In this document: piece after piece, positions 56,819 through 64,000 of the stretch
Layout of the letters: every line of letters begins with the position of its first letter
How positions within the stretch are numbered: position 1 is the first letter of the stretch
Source: Orbicella franksi
Lineage: Eukaryota
Assembly: GCA_964199315.1 (NCBI GenBank)
Contig: OZ116699.1
Location: forward strand, 13,268,001-13,332,000
Reading direction: 5' to 3'
Length of the DNA: 64,000 bases
Translations under genes and position numbers: made by a program
The notes under the pieces: generated by a model
Seen by the model: only the letters and a program-made list of their open reading frames with translations
Told to the model about the DNA's origin: nothing
The model's database searches: none

Positions 56819-58271
56819 ATGCGAGTTGCAGTCAAGCTCATTATCTTCTCAGCGATTTTACAAACTGGTAAGTAATGCATTTCGGATTTCAAATTATAAT
56901 TTCAACGCGTAAACATTAAACTAAACAATGTGCAACCGCCGAGGTTGCGCAACACAACGACTGCTGCACCCAGGTATAGCGGGAGAAGCTATTCAATTCC
57001 TTGTTATCCACATTACGAAAGTGGCTTAATATTGACTACATCGTCTGTTGCGATTGCAGCAAGAAACTTAAATGTTATTTACGTGCTTCAAACAAAACGA
57101 GATTACTTCTTTGATAATTAACACGCACTTGCGGGCACCTATCAGCGGAGGTAAAAATCATCCTTTACCCAAACGTACATTATATTCCAAAACTTGCAAA
57201 ACAATCTACAGGTTTATTTCAGTAATTCAAAACCCGTATCTTCGGCGGAAATTGCCGGGAAATTGACGCAGTGGTTTGGAAAATCGTGATAATCTTGCAC
57301 ATGTGTAAATGTAATAAGGACACTTCATTAACAATTCATTTCCAACAATTTACTTGGGAAAAACTGGGGTTTTTTGTCACGGGACAAGAAAACTACCCCC
57401 TTTACCGTCAAGCAGGTCAGTCGAAAGGTAATAAAAAGACAAATTTTCATTTGCTTGAAGTGAAAACTCAGATCGATGAAGAGAAAGAGTGGAAAGAATT
57501 ATCCTTTTCAATAAAAAGTTCGACGCCATGTGATACTCTTCGTCAAGGATCACCCTGTCGATATATACGTGAACATGCAGTCGTACGTTTACTAGAGATA
57601 ATCAATAACTGTATTAACTTTACAGCTCTCTGGCTGAATTTGCATCTTCTTAGTTACAACGGTTGCAGTAGTTTCAACGCTCATAAACACTGTCAAAAAC
57701 ACAGCAGGTGGCCGTTTTCATGACTGACCTGAATAAGTTCGTAATGCAGATTCTCATCACTGACTTGTACATAAATTTCAGTATGACCTGCTGACAATTA
57801 GTATTGTACCAAAAAGTAGTGCAACTTGATTATTTCTTATATTCTCCTCATCTGTCTACTTCATAATGTGCTGACCTCGTGAGAAGAAATTACATTTTCA
57901 TCGCTCCAATATGTTTTTTACCGTTTTCAGGTGTCTCGTTGACGTGTTACAGTTGCTATTCTAAAGTCAACTGGACTCACTGTGATGAACAACAACAAAA
58001 GTATATCTGTGAACCGTGGCTGGACGTGTGCGCCAAATCAAGGGCCTCTTTCGACTACATGGGGTTAAAGTTTGATGTTTACGAGCGGGGTTGTTTTAAA
58101 GGTGATTATTGCAACACAATGGCTTGCAAGTTCATTAGCCAAGCGGAAAACTGTGATCTGCAGTGCTGCGATTATGACTTCTGTAACGATGCTGCTCTTC
58201 CAACTAACCGCAAGATTCTTGTCGGGTGCTTGGTGCTTTTTACACTGTTCAAATATGTGATATATCGTTAA
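56819..58271 (+). CDS. Ly6/uPAR (three-finger, LU domain) protein, probably GPI-anchored, ~129 aa
   Basis: Exon 1 56819-56867 (MRVAVKLIIFSAILQTG|gtaagt, signal peptide) and exon 2 57931-58271 (LTCYSC...CCDYDFCN plus hydrophobic tail ILVGCLVLFTLFKYVIYR). Phase-1 intron. Confidence 0.88.
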
Positions 58272-59039
58272 GATTAGAGCGATTGCACTGAACAAAAGAA
58301 ACAGATAACGATTTTGGCCGTTGCATCGGGATATTGTTGGGTAAAAAGTTTGAAACTCTTTCACGCTACGCTGCAAACCAAGCTTCAGTTCCAAATATTA
58401 ATTCATACTTAAGAAGGAATTTGTTCAATATTATTTATGAGAATCAAGTTAGGAGCATTCTCATCGCCTCTCTTCTAGTTTATATATTTGATAACTTAAG
58501 ACAAAATGCCTTAAAACGCCAGTTTTGAGAAATGCAGCAAGACGAGGAAAAAACCTTCTCATCTTTGTAAAACGTAAAAATTACGTGTAAATTCCAGCTA
58601 AAGCTAACTAAAGTAAATTTGTAGTCAAACGTAAGGTAGCTGGCAACAGTTTCCAGCAGTTTTCCAGTGACTATACTTTGACGGATCAATACTACCACCG
58701 TTTATTAAGCAATGCTACATTGTTGGTATCACATAAATGCCCCAGCCATTGGTGAATCAATAATGATAATCTTTATGGCCTGACATTATTATTAAATTGC
58801 TATATGCATAATAAGATGCAACTTTTTGCGAAGTTTAAAAAATTCTACGAGGAAGTTCAGAGCCACCTGAAATTTTCACAGTGATAGTGTTGTTCCGTTT
58901 AAGTATAGCTGTCGGAAAAGTCATGATGCCTCGTAAAGGTTTGCTAGGAATCCTAGCACAAGCAGCATGTCCAGATTGTTGAAGTTGCTGCTGGTTCCCT
59001 TAAAACACCTGCATTTGCAGATCGGCTTGTGTGGCTTGT

Positions 59040-59760
59040 GGATTCAGGGTACACACATGAGAGAACATTAACGCACACCGACGAGCGTTGTAACTCTTGA
59101 GAGAATTTTCATTCCTGTGGTCTGACAGCGTCATTATGTGGCGTTTAACAATACAGCATCCAACCACAGTGTTATAGCTGTTGCCCTGATACAGTGATTG
59201 GTATAACCTTGAGAAAGATTGGCCGCTTTGCTGAGCTCTTTCATCATGCTACCGAGCTTGTTTACGCCTAGACATCCATTTTCGAACCACACTAATTCTT
59301 CTGCGCCCCCCCCCCCCCCCCTTCTTAGAATCGATTCGGAAACTGGAAAAAGGTGTTGCAGACAGGACTGAGTTTACTGCAGTAAAGTCGGAGGGCATTT
59401 AATTCATCACTTAGGTGATCTGTCTATTACATTCTTCCAAGTCTTAGTTTGTGGCGGTGTCAGGTATCCCCCTTGGCGTGTTTTTCTTGACTCGTCATGG
59501 GCCATGGTTAGGTAACATTTTTTGTTTTCATCGTGAAGGAATAGGAAACTGGACTTCGTCAAGTTTCTCAGTCCTTCCCGTCTACGTCGACACAAATACA
59601 GGGTGACATGAAACCAGACGTTGTATAGGAGGCCTTGAGGAGTTGTTGGACTGATAACAGTGCTCTCCTTCAGACGCCGCAGGTCCTCACGCTCAATATC
59701 GAAATTTGGAAAGGTTTTCTCCATTTGATTTCCTTAATATTTGTACTTGAAAGTTGAGAT
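59040..59760 (-). mobile_element. Degenerate Crypton-type tyrosine recombinase (DUF3504-like) remnant
   Basis: PQGLLYNVWFHVTLYLCRRRREGLRNL..AHDE..K..GG, then LGVNKLGSMMKELS..YTNHCIRATAIT (HxxR 59185-59196) and, after a frameshift, RHIMTLSDHRNENSLKSY (Tyr 59090-59092). Confidence 0.8.
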
Positions 59761-59947
59761 TACTTAAGGAGTCTTCCGACGGCTTTGCAATGTTTTCAAA
59801 TGGTGCCGGGAAACACAGAGAGCGCGACGTTACGACCGTGTTTATATACTCTCCTAAAAACACACCTATCGGCGAATGAGAACACGCGTACTATCTTAAA
59901 TATGTTATAAAAGTGTATACAAACATGCTAAATACTGTCCCGGCGCT

Positions 59948-61585
59948 TTAAGTGAATCGCATTTTACAACACTGATTTAAGGGATCGTCAAACCGTCCAT
60001 GCACAATCACTAAAAGATTTCCGCTGGTCCATAGAGCAACTGGCAACACGTTTACAATCGCCACTAAAATGTGTCTTCTCCACTGTTTTCGCCACACAGC
60101 CATTACAGCCATATTCTGATACCGAGTCTCGATCGCAACAGACATGCTGTTGAAAAACCACTCAATCACCAGCGGAACCGAAGTGTGGATTGCGAAAGAC
60201 TGCAACAACTTCAGAAATGGATAATTTCTCTCTAAGTAAATCAACTGATACAAGTATAACAAGCCGTTAACAGACACTATAGCAGTTGATTCGAACAACA
60301 TGCTCATAATAACGATATCAGCCATTAGTCTTTCACGGCGAGGTGTGCGAAAACTTCCCCATGGAAGTGATTCTCGTCTGCAAATTTGGTGGCAGAGATG
60401 ATCAATAACAACCACGGTGCTGCGTTCTACGACTTCGGCAAAGCCGTGAATTATTCCAAGAACAGCAATAGATTCCAGGCTGTCAAGGTCCGCTTGCAAA
60501 ACTCAAAACATGACAGACAATAAGCAATACAACGGTGCTAATAAAACATACGAATAACCCGGATGGGTAATGTTCCACAACCGCTGAACACAGATTCGTG
60601 AAATTGCTTTGACAGCCACACCCATGAGAGGGGAGAAGATTGCGATAACAAGTTTGCCTTCCGTGTCTTGCTTGTTGTACGCTATGTAAATAGCATACCT
60701 GATGACAAAGGCCGAAATAAAAGCGCAACAAGATGGAATCGCAATTTTACAAAGAAGACTTGCTAGTCTTGCTCTTTGTCTTATAAGCAAGTGTCTTGCG
60801 ACAAAATAGAACTGCACACACCCAGAAATGATGACGAAAATATAAAATGGAACATTAGACAAGGCTCTGTATAAAGCAGAAAGGTTAAAGATAGGTTTTC
60901 CAAACGCCTGTAGCACTGCTAGAAAGAGACCATTCAAAATGTACATCACAAAAGAAACGAGAATCAGTTTAGTTTTGATCCCTTTCAGCTGATGTGGCCG
61001 AAAAAGAAATAGCAGGTTTAAAACTGGGCAGACGTAATAGAGGACGCAACCGATGATATCTGCAATTGTTCTCGTCCATTGTATCCGTGCTGAAATTAAT
61101 TCGACTTTTTTAAATTCGCAGTTCCACGCCGTCTTATAGTTAAGATAAGAAAGCAATGTGTATATTGTACCTACAATGAAGGCGGCGAGAAGTGAAATTA
61201 AACCTCCAATGTACATTGATTTCACAACTGTCTGTAGAACGGGTGGTCTAAGTCGCTTCCAAGCCATTTCTTTGTCTTCTTCTTGCGCATTTTCCTGGTT
61301 ACCTTCTTCCGTGCTTTCCTCTGGTAAACACGCATTTATAACTTGTACATCAAGGCTGCTAGATGCCAGGTAGGCGAAGCTTGTGATGTCTTTGTCGCTG
61401 TATTCTTGATAAATAAGCTCGTCAACAGGAAGATAATACCATTCTCGACCTGTGCTTTGTACAGGATCGTAGCCAAAAGACTCTGCCGTGAACTCAGGTT
61501 CTTCTGGGTTGTAGCGCTCTGTCACACTCCGTGTAAATCTGAACACGATATCACCAAACACCTCTAACAGTGTACTTCCACTCAT
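59948..61585 (-). pseudogene. Intronless multipass membrane protein (~545 codons, ~10-11 hydrophobic segments) interrupted by one in-frame TGA
   Basis: ORFs 60503-61621 and 59948-60499 are in the same frame (..ATG TTT TGA GTT TTG CAA..). First ATG at 61585, stop at codon ~361. Family not identified. Confidence 0.7.
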
Positions 61586-62081
61586 GTTGCATTCAATGCA
61601 CAAACCGAGTTGAGGGTACAACTGTGCCTCGTTACACTGAATGAAATGCTATGTTTGTTTCATAATGTTCTTATATATCACACCCAAAATAAGGACTCCA
61701 GAAAGAAAAGATAACATTTCATGGTTGTTATCAAATCCGGAACGTATCGAACCTCTGAAGGTATCGATTCTACGGAAGTGGCGCCCTCAAACGTTATTTC
61801 CCTTGTTACGCGAACAGTGGAAAAGATAGAAACAACTAGTTGAACAGAACTGATCTGATATTTGCTACAAATGACCTTTCCCCTTTTTCTCTCTCCATAT
61901 ATACTAAGGACATAATTATTAACCGGGCAGCCAATCGTATAGGGCCGAGCTAATATTCAAGCAACTTTTGATCCTAAATCGCTAAGAGTTAACAAAATAT
62001 TAATCTGTTTAAAACGCATGAATCCCTTGCTCGTAATTTATTGTAAATATATTTCTTATTCGTGTTGTTTAAAGGTTTCAC

Positions 62082-62224
62082 CATGGTTGCCACAGACATC
62101 ACTTTTCAAAACTCCCTGACTTTTACCTAATAAAAAAAAATTTCCCTGACTTTTCCCCCAGTCTTGAAGAATGTTTTTTTCCGCCGACCATTTCTATTTC
62201 AAATCCTGAGTTGTGGCAACCTTG
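62082..62224. mobile_element. Small TIR element with 5-bp TSD
   Basis: TIR catggttgccac / gtggcaaccttg (11/12 match), TTCAC on both sides. Confidence 0.65.
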
Positions 62225-63061
62225 TTCACTGGAGGCGAGTGTTAGCTTGTGATGTCGGACATTACAATGCATCGGCCTGCAAGATTCACAGATTAGGCTG
62301 AGTTGCGAGACAACGTGTCGACTTTGCAACATTCATTGCCAGATCAGATTATGGCTTTCGTCAGGAGCCACAATCATTGATCTAACTTCAATTTTCTAAA
62401 TATTTTAGTGAGATAGGACTTTCGTACGGTGCAACGCAAGTTTCAGTATTTATGACGACTTTCTTCCGGAAGAACTTGTCAACCAGAAAAGCAAAACCAC
62501 ACGGAAAGTTCAAATATACCTGAGGTTGTTGTTTTATCAAGATGGTCGGCCCGTGTCAATGCTTATATGCAAAACATGACTCTTCGAAAACATTTGGAAG
62601 TAAACGAGGTTCGTTTACTTTCGAAACTTTATGGCATTTCTCCAACTTTTACAGCAAATTTGTTCACAAAATAATGTCATAAGGTTGTGAGCAAAAAAAA
62701 GCAAACAAACATCTTTTAAAAAGCTCCACTTCTATTCTACTACTCCAAAAATTTAGATGCTTGTCAGCGAAACTGATGGTAACTCCATAGCAAGTTGTTG
62801 ATCCGATAACATTTTTTAGCCTTTTTATCTGTCACAGATCAAAGTGTGGTGTCAAATATCGCCCACTGATCCCATTTCAAAGAGATGCTTCGCACTTATA
62901 AAATGCATTCTAATTTAACTTTCCAAGATCGATCAAAAAATCGTCAGTATTCTGTCAACATATGGTAAATTAGATATTATGAAAAAAAGTTTTAAAATAT
63001 TTCACTCTGTCAGCTTTTACAAACCTCGTTCCCAGGCCCTGGAAACGAGGTTGAGCAAATA

Positions 63062-63290
63062 CACTCTTGTTCCCAGAGCCTTCCTAGAGCCGCCTTTTCC
63101 TTTAGCCGTCGGGGTCTTGCCACGAGGAAACAATGGCTATGGATACAACTGATTTGATTTATTCTTTTCCGAATGAAGATTTGACTAATTCAAGCCGAAA
63201 GTAGCCACTGTTACATTTATTACAAACCCGTTCTATTACAGTACCTCCTTCCGCGCCTTAAGGGTAAAGGTGGCTCTCGGGACAAGAATG
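63062..63290. mobile_element. MITE with TA flanks
   Basis: TIR cactcttgttcccagagcc / ggctctcgggacaagaatg, preceded by a 31-bp mini-hairpin at 63022-63052. Confidence 0.65.
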
Positions 63291-64000
63291 TACCAAATAT
63301 TTTAATCTCTACTGATCCCCAGGAATTTCCAAGCACACCAAGAAATAGCTATCCTTATTCTCATCCTCTCTCTACTAGTTTATGCAGAAGCTTATCATCT
63401 AGATAATATGCTCCTGGTTTATGTGATTGGTAACTCAAGAAAAAAAGACAAAGATGTTAATTATCACTTTAGGGCAATGCAGGGGGACGAAAAAAATCTT
63501 GCCACATTTGTGAAAGACACAAAATAACAACGAGTTAAACCCAACTTAAATCAAAACTGAATTTTTACTCTGGGTTTGCAGACATGCGCAAACCAAGTGA
63601 CAGAGTAGTGAAGAAGATCTCCCACCAACTGGCTTTGATAACATCAGCAAGACCGATCAATCAATTGAAATCCATATTTAATTTTTGACAACTGGATCAC
63701 GAGAACACTGACACCAGCGCTGCAGACCCGAACACATCTTTCACCGGTTCACAACAAGAGTGTAGATTGTACAAGTAAACCTTGAGGCCTTCATTCATCG
63801 GGACAAGGGAAATAAGATATCACCAACTGGATGGCAACATCGACTTGTGAGTTTAGTACTTCTGTCCGTAAGGTTAAATTCTTATGGAAGAAAACGAATT
63901 TTATAAAAAATGGCTTTAATAATCCAAGATTATGTTGGCAAGGTAATTCTTTCATTCAACACTGACATGAAAGAATCAACAACATCGTAATTTATACTCA

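Overview
AT-rich, intron-rich animal DNA. The gene families and repeat types suggest a cnidarian, probably a stony coral (inference). About 50 kb of the window (579-50697, minus strand) is one giant polycystin-1-like (PKD1/REJ family) gene. I spliced it by hand into 48 in-frame GT-AG exons (~13.5 kb, ~4,490 aa). Its ectodomain has 18 F5/8 type C (discoidin/FA58C) domains with one F-type lectin domain between domains 4 and 5, then TSP1, about 5 PKD repeats, REJ and GAIN/GPS, followed by the first TM helix. The gene continues past the left edge, and its start codon (probably 52-53.5 kb) is unresolved. Notable internal features are a Cys-bracketed, N-glycan-rich repeat inserted inside discoidin domain 2, a period-3 pattern of domain subtypes, correlated Cys loss and relocation, and a candidate spliced antisense transcript with its own promoter in an intron at ~41.1-41.9 kb. 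Right of the gene lie an AcademH-like transposon derivative (9-bp TSD, RecQ remnant, Penelope fragment), a two-exon Ly6/uPAR three-finger gene (+), a Crypton-type tyrosine recombinase remnant (-) and an intronless multipass membrane gene broken by one TGA (-). Introns hold tRNA-derived SINEs, MITEs, a Gypsy integrase relic and microsatellites. All coordinates and translations were derived manually; no database searches were run.
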